A DNA stretch of 64,000 nt from positions 640,001 to 704,000 of the forward strand of contig CAWIXE010000001.1 in NCBI GenBank assembly GCA_963840035.1, given 5' to 3'. Position 1 is the stretch's first letter, and each line of letters starts with the position of its first letter. Shown in pieces: positions 40,392-50,366 of the stretch. Below the pieces are notes generated by a model. That model had not been told where the DNA came from. It saw only the letters and a list, made by a program, of their open reading frames with translations, and searched no databases. Source of the stretch: a candidate division FCPU426 bacterium. Lineage in GTDB: Bacteria; Oederibacteriota; PGYV01; Palsa-1178. The position numbers were made by a program, and so were the translations under genes.

Positions 40392-42194
40392 TTAATCGAC
40401 TTTAAGAATCGCCAGGAACGCTTCCTGCGGGATTTCCACGCTTCCTATGGACTTCATCCTTTTCTTTCCCTCTTTCTGTTTTTCTAAAAGTTTCCTTTTA
40501 CGCGTGATGTCTCCGCCGTAGCATTTGGCCAGGACGTTCTTCCTCATGGCGGGGATGGTTTCCCTTGATATGATATTGGCCCCTATGGCGCCCTGTATGG
40601 GGACCTGGAACATCTGGCGGGGTATTACTTCCTTTAGCCTCTCGACAAGCACTTTTGCCTTTGTGTAAGCGAAGGACTCGTGCGTTATGAACGAGAGCGA
40701 GTCCACTTTTTCAAAATTAACAAGGATATCCACTTTTTTCAGCTCGGATGTCCTGTAGTCTATCAATTCATAATCCATGGAAGCGTAGCCCTTTGACATG
40801 GATTTTAATTTGTCATAAAAGTCCCAGATGATCTCGGCTAAGGGTATCTCATAAACCAAAAGCGCCCTGGTGGACGAGATGTATTCGGTATTCACATAAG
40901 TGCCGCGGCGCTGCTGGCAAAGCTGCATTAAGGCGCCCAGGTATTCAGCCGGCGTTATAAGGTTAAGCTTTACATAAGGCTCTTCCACATGGTCAACAAA
41001 CGCGAAGTCCGGAAAAGAGGATGGAGCGTCGCATATCATGGTTTCTTTTTTTGTTGTGATGATCTTATACTCCACGTTTGGGGCAGTGGCAATAAGGTTC
41101 AGGTTGTATTCGCGCTCGAGCCTTTCCTGAATGATTTCCATGTGGAGCAGGCCTAAAAATCCGCAGCGGTATCCGAAACCGAGGGCTTCAGAGGATTCAG
41201 GCTCAAAGAAAAGCGAAGAGTCGTTGAGTTTAAGTTTTGAAAGCGCGTCCTTTAACTCCACATACTGCTCTGATATGACAGGGAAAAGTCCGCAGAAAAC
41301 CATGGGCTTTATGTCCTTATATCCGGGCAAAGGCGCGTCGCACGGGTTGTCAGCCATGGTCACGGTGTCGCCTATGCGTATGTCGCTTAAAGCTTTTATG
41401 CCGGCTGTAAGGAAACCCACCTGGCCGGCGAATAACTCATCAACGTCAACCATACCGGGCCTGAATACGCCGACTCCGTTTATCTCCCAGTCGTTGTTTG
41501 ACGCCATCATCTTTATCTTCATGCCTTTTTTAATCGAACCGTCAACGAGCCTGACGAATATTATGACGCCCTTGTAAAAATCAAACTGCGCGTCCATGAT
41601 GAGAGCCTTAAGGGGTTTGTTTACATCGCCTTTGGGAGAAGGTATGTTCTTGACTATGCTGGCTAATATCTCGGCAATGCCAATGCCTTCCTTGGCGCTG
41701 GCTAAGACAGCTTCGTCAGCCGGTATGGCAAGGAGCTCCTCGAGCTCGGCCTTTGCCTTGGGGATGTCGGAATTGGGAAGGTCAATTTTATTTATGACAG
41801 GTATGAGTTTTAAGTTAAGCGTATTTGCTATGTGGGCATTGGCCATGGTCTGCGCCTCTATGCCCTGGGAAGCGTCAATGACCAAAAGCGCGCCTTCGGA
41901 GGCGATAAGCGAACGGGAGACTTCATAGGTGAAATCCACATGGCCGGGCGTGTCGATTAAGTTCATCAGGTATTCCTGGCCGTCCAAGGTATACTTCATC
42001 TGCACGGCTTTGGCCTTTATGGTAATGCCGCGTTCGCGCTCCAAGTCCATGGAGTCCAGAATCTGTTCCTTCATCTTGCGCTTGTCAATGGTGCCTGTGA
42101 ATTCAAGGAGCCTGTCGGCCAGGGTGGACTTGCCGTGGTCAATGTGCGCTATGATTGAAAAATTTCTTATGGATTTCATGTAATCGCTGTTCAT
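40392..42194 (-). CDS. lepA: Elongation factor 4
   Basis: [20 protein letters not shown]...[25 protein letters not shown]. Confidence 0.98.
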   Translation of the reverse strand: MNSDYMKSIRNFSIIAHIDHGKSTLADRLLEFTGTIDKRKMKEQILDSMDLERERGITIKAKAVQMKYTLDGQEYLMNLIDTPGHVDFTYEVSRSLIASEGALLVIDASQGIEAQTMANAHIANTLNLKLIPVINKIDLPNSDIPKAKAELEELLAIPADEAVLASAKEGIGIAEILASIVKNIPSPKGDVNKPLKALIMDAQFDFYKGVIIFVRLVDGSIKKGMKIKMMASNNDWEINGVGVFRPGMVDVDELFAGQVGFLTAGIKALSDIRIGDTVTMADNPCDAPLPGYKDIKPMVFCGLFPVISEQYVELKDALSKLKLNDSSLFFEPESSEALGFGYRCGFLGLLHMEIIQERLEREYNLNLIATAPNVEYKIITTKKETMICDAPSSFPDFAFVDHVEEPYVKLNLITPAEYLGALMQLCQQRRGTYVNTEYISSTRALLVYEIPLAEIIWDFYDKLKSMSKGYASMDYELIDYRTSELKKVDILVNFEKVDSLSFITHESFAYTKAKVLVERLKEVIPRQMFQVPIQGAIGANIISRETIPAMRKNVLAKCYGGDITRKRKLLEKQKEGKKRMKSIGSVEIPQEAFLAILKVD

Positions 42195-44063
42195 TTATCT
42201 GACCTCAATGTATTTAAAATCAAAGTACCGCTCCTGGGTGGAGAGGCCGTTATACTGCAGCATGTATGAAATCATCTGCATGTAATCTTTCTTGTAATTG
42301 TTGTCCATGGCTTTTACCTGGAAGGTGAGTGTCTTTATCTCGCCCGGAGCCAGGTAGAACTTGTGCACTATGTCGCCGAACATTTCCAGGTTGGAAACCT
42401 TTAGCAGTTTTACGTAATAATCCATGGTAATCTGGCCTGTATTTTTTACGTTTATGTCTATGGTAAATACTTCGCCGCGTTTTACCTTATCCGGAAGCTC
42501 CCATTTGGCTTCGAAAGGGAAGATGCCGTTTTTTGCGCGCACATAAGAAAAAGAAGCTGCTCCGGCGACGGCCCACTCAAGCGATGAATATGGGCCTTTG
42601 GAACCCTTAAAGGCGCGCGTCAGGTCGTGCCAGAAAAGGCCTATGTTAGGGTTAACCGGCATAAGTTCGTCGACTAACATCTGCTGCCTGATGTAATGCT
42701 CCTCCGGGCCCGAAGGCCTGTAGGTCCTGCCGAGCAGGTTCCAGTCAACGCACTGGCCAGCGCAGAGGTTTGTCTGGCCTTTTTCCAGATATTCGCGCCA
42801 GCTGGTTAACATGCTGGGATATGTGTCGTGGTCTATGGAGTAGAACATGCCGGCGTTTATGTCAACGCCCGCGTCTATGAACATCAGAGGGTCCTGGCCG
42901 TGTTCCTTGCCCTGGCGCCATGTAAGCGAAAAGACCCAGAGCGGCTTTGTGATGCCGGCCGCCGCTTTTATCTTTGCGAGCACCGTGGCTATGGAATGGG
43001 CGCGCCACCAGTCCCACATTTCTATGAAGCGGCTGTTCTTTTCCACCTCAATCTTATGGCCCATCCAGATCATCCTGTCTTCCTCAGTCATGTCTTTCCA
43101 GTCGCGCGGCACGTCCAGAAGAGGCATGTCCTCCACAAACTGGTCAGTGTACTCAAGTCCGCCGAAGTCGGTGCGCATATAATCCAGGCCGATATAATCC
43201 ACTGCCGGGTTTTCCTGGAATGATTTCATAAGGTCTATCATGTCAGCATGGCGTTTTTCATCAAGTATGGAAACGTAAATAAGGGGGCGCAGCGTGTTGT
43301 CAGTGGGGTCATAAGCGATGGTCTGCTTGTAAGGGGAAAGGTCTTTCCTGTTTCCCAGGACAACAAAGCTTGTTATCCACGCGCCGTATTTTAGTCCGTA
43401 CTTATGCAGGTCGTTTCCGAGGTCTGTGACCTGTTTTAAGGCAACTTTATCCCAGGGAAAGTCGTCAGGTTTCCAGGTGTTCCAGATTTGTGACTGGCCC
43501 ACGCAGTGCCAGAGCGCGTCAGCGCCCATGAACTTTGCCCAGAGCACGTAATTTTCCCATATCTTAACGGCTTTGCCGCCTATTCCGGGGACCCTTGTGA
43601 TTATGGAGTCGCCCGGCTCTATGTTCATAACACAGAGGGCTTTCTGCATTTTTAGCGGGGTGCGTTTCGTGACATCGAAATTAATGTTTCCGGCGAATTT
43701 TTTTGCGCCGGACCTGAACATGACAACGGCTTTATAAGTGCCGAGTTTTGGCCCCCAGGGAATAGGCCATTTGCCGACCCACTTTTTGCCGGCCGGGTCG
43801 TATCTGAAAATAATTTCCTCGGTATTTCCGACAGTTTTAACAGGCTTGTTATCATAAAATATCCTCGCGGAGCAGAGCGCTTCCTGGCGTGTTTTTTCGG
43901 CTCCGCCGTTTAAGTCAAGCAGCGGCCCGACATACTCGCAGGTCATTTCCACCAGCTCGTAACGCAGGTATGACGGTTTGGAGGCTTTTATCTTGATCCC
44001 TTCGGCGTAAACGCTTGAAATAAAAAGGGAAAAGAGTATAATAATTAAAATTGATTTCTTCAT
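42195..44063 (-). CDS. Secreted hypothetical protein, possible glycoside-hydrolase-like TIM barrel with Ig-like termini
   Basis: Signal peptide; VDYIGLDYMR resembles GHL10-type DGI.LDY.R; C-terminal LAPGE.KT.TF. Confidence 0.6.
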   Translation of the reverse strand: MKKSILIIILFSLFISSVYAEGIKIKASKPSYLRYELVEMTCEYVGPLLDLNGGAEKTRQEALCSARIFYDNKPVKTVGNTEEIIFRYDPAGKKWVGKWPIPWGPKLGTYKAVVMFRSGAKKFAGNINFDVTKRTPLKMQKALCVMNIEPGDSIITRVPGIGGKAVKIWENYVLWAKFMGADALWHCVGQSQIWNTWKPDDFPWDKVALKQVTDLGNDLHKYGLKYGAWITSFVVLGNRKDLSPYKQTIAYDPTDNTLRPLIYVSILDEKRHADMIDLMKSFQENPAVDYIGLDYMRTDFGGLEYTDQFVEDMPLLDVPRDWKDMTEEDRMIWMGHKIEVEKNSRFIEMWDWWRAHSIATVLAKIKAAAGITKPLWVFSLTWRQGKEHGQDPLMFIDAGVDINAGMFYSIDHDTYPSMLTSWREYLEKGQTNLCAGQCVDWNLLGRTYRPSGPEEHYIRQQMLVDELMPVNPNIGLFWHDLTRAFKGSKGPYSSLEWAVAGAASFSYVRAKNGIFPFEAKWELPDKVKRGEVFTIDINVKNTGQITMDYYVKLLKVSNLEMFGDIVHKFYLAPGEIKTLTFQVKAMDNNYKKDYMQMISYMLQYNGLSTQERYFDFKYIEVR

Positions 44064-44188
44064 ACCGCTCCTTTATGCGTATATAATAATGAAGATGCAA
44101 AATATGATTATAAGGATATTTGCCAAAAATACAAGAGAAAAGTGAATATAAACTTGAAACTTAAAGCTGAAAACTGAAAGCGGGAACA

Positions 44189-44830
44189 ATGAACCATGAA
44201 CAGGCAATAAAAACAGGCAGTCTGAAGGTCAATGAAATCTTCTATGACATAGAGGGAGAAGGCAAATATCAGGGTTATCCCACCCTGTTTATCCGCCTGA
44301 CCGGATGCAACCTGCGCTGTTCCTGGTGCGATACGAAATACTCTTATTTTAAGGGGAAGATGACTGATATTGACGGCATATTGAAAAAGGCAAAAAAGAG
44401 CCCGTATATGAATATAAATATTACAGGCGGCGAGCCGCTTTGCTTTAAAAAAGAGCTTATAGAACTGATAAAAGGGATAAAAAAAATAAGGCCTGATATT
44501 ACCGTGTCAGTGGAGACCAATGGTTCACTTGATATCTCAGGCGTTCCGGCTGATAACATAAGCATGGATTTAAAGCTGCCGTCGTCAGGGGAGCACGATA
44601 AGATGATGTTTTCGAACCTGAATATCTTAAAACCCAAAGACCAGTTAAAACTTGTCATAGGATCGCGGAAAGACCTCGCATGGGCGAGAAAAACACTCGC
44701 GGGATATAAAGTCAAATGCGTCATATTTGCCCAGCCCGTATACGGGAAGTTTAAAACCGCTGACATAGGCAGGTTTGTGATGAAGAATAATTTAAAGTGG
44801 AAGGTAAGTGTACAGCTGCATAAACTTTAA
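44189..44830 (+). CDS. queE: 7-carboxy-7-deazaguanine synthase-like radical SAM protein
   Basis: EIFY.IEGEG...G.PT.FIRLTGCNLRCSWCDT, TGGEP, ETNG, QLHK. Confidence 0.85.
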   Translation: MNHEQAIKTGSLKVNEIFYDIEGEGKYQGYPTLFIRLTGCNLRCSWCDTKYSYFKGKMTDIDGILKKAKKSPYMNINITGGEPLCFKKELIELIKGIKKIRPDITVSVETNGSLDISGVPADNISMDLKLPSSGEHDKMMFSNLNILKPKDQLKLVIGSRKDLAWARKTLAGYKVKCVIFAQPVYGKFKTADIGRFVMKNNLKWKVSVQLHKL

Positions 44831-44848
44831 TTTACAATTACGTTCGAG

Positions 44849-45027
44849 TGCATTATTAAGAAGGTTTGTTTACAGTTTGTCATTGCGAGGAGCCGGTGTT
44901 GGTTTATGGCGACGAAGCAATCTCGTTTTTCCATTACTGAACAGCGAGATTGCTTCGTCGGCAAAGACAAAAACGCCTCCTCGCAATGACGGACTAAAGG
45001 CTGTAAGCAGAACATATTAGCAGTACA
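44849..45027. mobile_element. Second (inverted) copy of the ~180-bp MITE-like element
   Basis: Reverse complement aligns end to end with 33000-33179; flanks GTTCGAG/GTTGGAT. Confidence 0.7.
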
Positions 45028-45070
45028 GTTGGATTTAATAGTAAATAGCAAATTTCCGCAAGGGGTGATC

Positions 45071-47707
45071 ATGAAAAAAATATTGTTAATACTTCTAACC
45101 TTATTATTTTCGCAGGTTTTAACAGCCTACTTCGACTGGCAGTGCGTAAAGACGGATCAGTTCACGGTTTTCTACGGCCCGGGGTTTGAGGAGCGGGCGA
45201 GATACCTTTTGGCCACGCTGGAAAATAACAAACAAATACCCGAGCGCATTACCGGCAACAGGCTCGCGTGGGTACCGGTACTTTTGGAGGACGCGGGCGA
45301 ATACAATCAGGGTTATGCCGACCCGGCATATTTCAGGATGTCGGTCTTTAATTACGAATACAACGAACCATGGTTCAGGATGGTGGGGATACACGAATAC
45401 ACGCACATGCTGCAGATGACGGAAACGCGCGGCATACCAACTGCCTTTACATTCCTTTTCGGCTCCATAATGTCGCCGAATATTTTCATGCCCCTGTGGG
45501 TGCACGAGGGGATAACCACTTATGACGAGTCGCAGGCCTCGCAATACACGGGCCGGCTGAACACGGGCGGGTTTGACGCGTATATGGGGGCGTGCGTTTC
45601 CGAAAATAAAATGCCGTCCATAATGAAAGCCACATACGACCCCATGGAAGCGCCTTACGGGCAGACGCCTTACCTTTTCGGCGGCGAGTTCACGCAGTAT
45701 CTGTCTAAAACATACGGCGAAGAAAAACTTAAGGAATTATACGCGGACATAGGCGGAAATGTATTCATGTACCTTTCCCCTGTTTTTCCGTTTTTGGGCA
45801 TGGACCAGTCATACAGGAACATACTCGGGAAAAGAACTGACGAACTCTGGCAGGATTTTCTTGAAGGGGAAAAAATAAGGTTTAAGGATTTTAAGATGGA
45901 CGGGGAAAGGCTTACAAACAGGGGTTATTACACAAACAGCCTTGTCCTGTCAGGGGAAAAACTTTACTACAGCAGCACGACCCTGGAAAAAACCGGTCCT
46001 TACAGCCTGTGGGTCATAAACAGGATAGTGGAAAGGGATATTAAAACAGGGAATGAAAAAGAAATTGTGCTGCGCACAGGACAGGTCTTAAAAGCCATGA
46101 AGACATACGGCGGAAAGCTGTATTACACGGTGCATGAAATAAAACCGGGATACGCGAACACTTTTAACGGAAGTTTTGGCTACTATTCCGTGGTATATGA
46201 GCGCGATATCGCCTCCGGCGATGAAAGGGAAATAGCCAGGGGAGAGATGAACGCTTTCTGCGTAATAAACGGAAAACTTTTATACAGCGTTAACAAACCT
46301 TACACTTACGGTTCTGAAATATATTTAAAAGACCTGGATACGATGAAGGCCGTAAAGCTTCCGGACATTGACCGGGTTATTTTCGATTTTGCCGTGACAG
46401 ACGACGACGAAGGCGTATATGTCTCCGCAAAAAAAGAGGAGGAGAATTTAAGCCTCTTTTACTTTGAATATAAAAAAGGATATTTTACAGCGGTGGCTGA
46501 CACGCCATGGAGCGAGGAAAAACCCGCCATATACGGGGACAGGCTTTTTTACTCGGCTGACTACGGCAAAGCTGTCAAAAATTACTGCTATGACCTGAAG
46601 GCAAAAACATTTTATGCGCTCACCGGCAGCGGCTTCGCGCAGGAGGCGGCATATGACGCGGCCTCAGGCGATATTTATTTCATCGGAATCAACACGGACG
46701 GCTTTGACCTTTATAGAAAAAAAGCTGATTTTAAAAAATTCGCACTTCCGGCGGATAAGGCGGACGATTATGTAAATAGGCCCCTTGACCCGGCTTCAGT
46801 GTCTAAGGGCTCATACCTGGACAACCTGGCGACGTTGTGGCCAAAAATAAGGGTGCCTTTTATTTACGTGGATGACAATTCAAATACAATGGCGGGATTT
46901 ACTCTGATGGGTTCGGACGCTATGGGAGACCTGACATACACGGCGGAATTTTCATATAACCTCGCAAAGAAAACAGTGGGAGAAACCATCCTGCTTACCG
47001 CGGGTTTCTTAAACCCGTTAAGGCTGGAAGCGCAGTTTAACAACACTTTAGACAGGGATGCGCGCATCGGCGTCGCATATCCGCTTTATACCTCGGTTAT
47101 TGGCGGGCTCTCAAACATAACCATTGGCGCCCAATACAGGCGTTTTGAAGACCTTACAAAAAACGGATATAATCTTAACCTGAAAGTGGATTCGAAATGG
47201 CCTTTGACGCAGTTGTACCTGGTTGGGGTGGCGGAAGCCAGGCCGGAAAACGATATTGATTTTATTACCTCAAAAAGGGTCTTTGGCTACACAATCGCCA
47301 GGTTAGTGCAGCATTTCCCTTATTCAAACCTTATCATCGACGCTGTACGCGGATTCTCCGGGAAGCCGGGGGCTGGTTTTGTTTTTAAGGCAAGGGGTTA
47401 TGATGACGGGCCATATGACCATAACATGACCGCGTTAAACGCGCAGATAACAGCGCCGCTTTTGAAGCTGCGCTTCGGGCTGTGGAACCCGAATATATAT
47501 TTTGAGGACATTTGTGTGAACCTTTTCTGTGATTCTGTTTTTACAGGCGGTGAAACGCAGCTCTCAGGAGGCGGAGGGCTCCAGCTTGAGACAAAACTGC
47601 TGTTCATAGCGAGCACAACCATAGGCGTTGAAGCCGTGCACACAAAAGAAAAGGGCGCGGAATGGATAATCACATACAACCTCGGGTTCGTGTCGTTCGG
47701 GTTTTAA
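45071..47707 (+). CDS. Outer-membrane protein: gluzincin HEYTH peptidase + beta-propeller + probable C-terminal beta-barrel
   Basis: HEYTH...PLWVHEGIT..E; propeller repeats; C-terminal amphipathic strands ending in F. Confidence 0.75.
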   Translation: MKKILLILLTLLFSQVLTAYFDWQCVKTDQFTVFYGPGFEERARYLLATLENNKQIPERITGNRLAWVPVLLEDAGEYNQGYADPAYFRMSVFNYEYNEPWFRMVGIHEYTHMLQMTETRGIPTAFTFLFGSIMSPNIFMPLWVHEGITTYDESQASQYTGRLNTGGFDAYMGACVSENKMPSIMKATYDPMEAPYGQTPYLFGGEFTQYLSKTYGEEKLKELYADIGGNVFMYLSPVFPFLGMDQSYRNILGKRTDELWQDFLEGEKIRFKDFKMDGERLTNRGYYTNSLVLSGEKLYYSSTTLEKTGPYSLWVINRIVERDIKTGNEKEIVLRTGQVLKAMKTYGGKLYYTVHEIKPGYANTFNGSFGYYSVVYERDIASGDEREIARGEMNAFCVINGKLLYSVNKPYTYGSEIYLKDLDTMKAVKLPDIDRVIFDFAVTDDDEGVYVSAKKEEENLSLFYFEYKKGYFTAVADTPWSEEKPAIYGDRLFYSADYGKAVKNYCYDLKAKTFYALTGSGFAQEAAYDAASGDIYFIGINTDGFDLYRKKADFKKFALPADKADDYVNRPLDPASVSKGSYLDNLATLWPKIRVPFIYVDDNSNTMAGFTLMGSDAMGDLTYTAEFSYNLAKKTVGETILLTAGFLNPLRLEAQFNNTLDRDARIGVAYPLYTSVIGGLSNITIGAQYRRFEDLTKNGYNLNLKVDSKWPLTQLYLVGVAEARPENDIDFITSKRVFGYTIARLVQHFPYSNLIIDAVRGFSGKPGAGFVFKARGYDDGPYDHNMTALNAQITAPLLKLRFGLWNPNIYFEDICVNLFCDSVFTGGETQLSGGGGLQLETKLLFIASTTIGVEAVHTKEKGAEWIITYNLGFVSFGF

Positions 47708-47792
47708 GGCGTTTTTTTGGTGCATACAGGAGTGTTTTGTTTTATAATAATCAGGTTAAGGGTGTTGGTTAAAAAATGAAAAACAGATTTTT

Positions 47793-47871
47793 GTAGAGAC
47801 GCAGCTTGCTGCGTCTCAGACGTTGGGTTTAAAACAAGGCAAATGCGAGACACAGCAAGCTGTGTCTCTAC
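47793..47871. repeat. REP doublet GTAGAGACGCAGCTTGCTGCGTCTC
   Basis: Inverted copies. Confidence 0.85.
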
Positions 47872-47893
47872 GAATACAAAAAAGGGCGGATTG

Positions 47894-49105
47894 ATGAAAA
47901 AGTTATTATTTGTTTTTTTAGCGTTCCTTTCAGCCGGTATTTTATACGCGGAGAACATGTCCACGTCCACTTACCTGCTTACCGGATCGTATCCGGCATC
48001 AGCGGCTAAGGGCGCGGCTTGCGGCGCTTCCAGCGGAGGGGCTCTTGCCTCGGATTTAAACCCGGCGCTTATCGCTTCCGCGGATTATTTCTCATATTCC
48101 GCCATGCACGCAGTGCTTCCCGGTATGATGGCCTTAGAAAGGCTCACTGTGGCAAAATCCTTTGATTTCGGCGCAATCGGCGCCGACATTTCATATTATA
48201 ATTTCGGGGACACGCGCAGGGTCGGGCTTGATATTAATTTAGGCCCGGTTTTTACATCGGATGTCATTTCCTCGCGCGCTTTTGCCGGAGCTGTAACCTA
48301 CGGCAAAAAATTTGAGAACATAAGTTTCGGTATCGCCTTAAAATACATAGTCGAAAACATAGGTGAATCCCAGTGGTCCATGCCCGCGGCTGACGCCGGA
48401 ATAATTTTTGAAGGCCTCGGCGCTGAAAACATGGACGCGGGAATAAGCGTCCTTAACTTAAGCGCCGAAGATGCCGATTATGCCCTGCCGCTTACTATAA
48501 AAGGCGCGCTTACATATAACTTCAGGTCGCGCGTGGCCGAGAATATGAAACTTACCGCGGGCGCGGATTACCTTGTGCGGGATAACGCTTTAAAGGCCGG
48601 GGCGGGATTTGATTATTTTGTGACCGAGGAGATAACGCTGCGCGGCGGAGTCACGGCGGGGCAGAACCAGCCCATAAGGTTTACGGCCGGGTTCGGCGCG
48701 AAAGCCCTGGGAGTATCGCTTGATTACGCGTATGTGCCTGACGCGGCAATTGGCGACACGCATAAGGTATCGGTATCCGGTTCGTTTGGAAAACCTGATG
48801 AAGACGTGGAAAAACCAGCCGGCAAGGCCGGAGAGTCATACGAAGGTTACAAAAAATCAGGGGATTATTATTATGAAAACAAGCAGTACCGGCAGGCGCT
48901 GAAATATTACGAATATTTGAACCTGCTCTACTGGAAAGAGATAGAGGACATGCCCGAGAGGGAGAAGTCGTCATTCTTCCAAAAGCTTGGCATATGCTAT
49001 TACAACATAAGGGACAATAAAAGGGCGCTGCAGTATTTTGACAGGGCCGTGTATTTTGAAAAGGATAATGAGATATTAAAGCACTGGATAAAACTGCTGA
49101 AGTAA
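47894..49105 (+). CDS. PorV/PorQ-like beta-barrel protein with C-terminal TPR
   Basis: NPA.I motif, G...KY..E.I, DAG, LP.T...A, LRGG, LDYAYVP...IGDTHKVS; TPR tail. Confidence 0.7.
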   Translation: MKKLLFVFLAFLSAGILYAENMSTSTYLLTGSYPASAAKGAACGASSGGALASDLNPALIASADYFSYSAMHAVLPGMMALERLTVAKSFDFGAIGADISYYNFGDTRRVGLDINLGPVFTSDVISSRAFAGAVTYGKKFENISFGIALKYIVENIGESQWSMPAADAGIIFEGLGAENMDAGISVLNLSAEDADYALPLTIKGALTYNFRSRVAENMKLTAGADYLVRDNALKAGAGFDYFVTEEITLRGGVTAGQNQPIRFTAGFGAKALGVSLDYAYVPDAAIGDTHKVSVSGSFGKPDEDVEKPAGKAGESYEGYKKSGDYYYENKQYRQALKYYEYLNLLYWKEIEDMPEREKSSFFQKLGICYYNIRDNKRALQYFDRAVYFEKDNEILKHWIKLLK

Positions 49106-49220
49106 TTTTATATTTTAAATTTTAGATTTAAGGTATTCCATGGCACTATTATAATAGAGCCGCGGAGCACCTTAAATCTAAAATCTGCAATCTAAAATAT
49201 AAAATAAACCAGGGAGCATC

Positions 49221-49910
49221 ATGAAAAGAGCAGTACTTGTTTTAACAGCGTTTTTAGCCGCGGGGCTTTTGTTTGCGGCGCCTACAGAGACTTTTACCGA
49301 GACGGTTACAGAGACCATAACACTTACTGTTACGGATACTTCGACCGCCACAGTCACGGAAACCGCGACGGCTACGGGAACTTATTCCGTTACGCAAAGC
49401 ACCACGGAAACTGTCACTGGCACGGCTACGCAGACTCTTACAGAAACTTTTACCTCCACCATGACTGCGACTGAGACATTTACGGTTACATCCACAAGAA
49501 CATACACTTTCACAACCACGGTCACGGCGTCAAGTACATCAACACCGAGCATAACACCGACATTTACAATGACTGCTACGGTAACCGTCACTCTTACGCC
49601 AGTGCCGTCAGCCACAATCCAGGCGGCATATTATGAAAATTACAATTCAACCATATATCCGGACCCTGTAAAAACAGGGGAGTATGTTTACATGCTTTAT
49701 AACCTGCAGGGAAGCGCGGACATAAAGATTATAATTTACACCATGGACGGCCGGAGCGCGCGCGAGGTAAAAACTTCAGGTTCAGGAAAAGGCATGGCGC
49801 GTATCGCTACTTCAGGGCTCGCGCCGGGCATCTATTTTTATACCGTGACATATAAATATGCCACGAAGGAAGACAAACACGCGGCTAAAAAGTTTATTAT
49901 ATCCAGGTAA
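49221..49910 (+). CDS. Secreted Thr-rich protein with T9SS type-A-like C-terminal domain
   Basis: Signal peptide, ~110-aa T-x-T tract, IYPDPV...IYTMDGR...LAPGIYFY...KKFII. Confidence 0.8.
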   Translation: MKRAVLVLTAFLAAGLLFAAPTETFTETVTETITLTVTDTSTATVTETATATGTYSVTQSTTETVTGTATQTLTETFTSTMTATETFTVTSTRTYTFTTTVTASSTSTPSITPTFTMTATVTVTLTPVPSATIQAAYYENYNSTIYPDPVKTGEYVYMLYNLQGSADIKIIIYTMDGRSAREVKTSGSGKGMARIATSGLAPGIYFYTVTYKYATKEDKHAAKKFIISR

Positions 49911-49922
49911 AGGGGATAAAAC

Positions 49923-50129
49923 ATGGCGGATGAAAAAGACTGCAACAAGAACAGATGGCAGGGCAATAACGCGGGCGGCGGGGCCGTGTACGGCTTGGGT
50001 TTTATCGGAGCGCTGATTTATTTTATACAGCACGCGACATCGTTCTGGGGCGGGGTTTTAGGCGTTTTAAAAGCGATGATCTGGCCGGTTCTGGCGGTTT
50101 ATAAATTGCTGGAATTCCTTAAGTTTTAA
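49923..50129 (+). CDS. Small membrane protein
   Basis: GAVYGLGFIGALIYFIQ.A.SFW.GVLG.LKA..WP. Confidence 0.8.
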   Translation: MADEKDCNKNRWQGNNAGGGAVYGLGFIGALIYFIQHATSFWGGVLGVLKAMIWPVLAVYKLLEFLKF

Positions 50130-50366
50130 TTGCGCTGATTTCCACAATGAGGAAGAGTTTAAGAGACAAGAGATAGGAGACTGGAGTAAGGAAAACCCGG
50201 TTTTTGGCCTGTTTTTGTCTTTAATCTCCAGTCTCCTGTCTCAAATAAGAAATAACGTTGATAACATCCTTTTTATGTTATAATATATTCAGTATTATAG
50301 TGCTGCATCGCACAGACCCCGGCCATTTGCCGGGTTTTTTTCATACATGAAAAGGACGGAGAAAAC

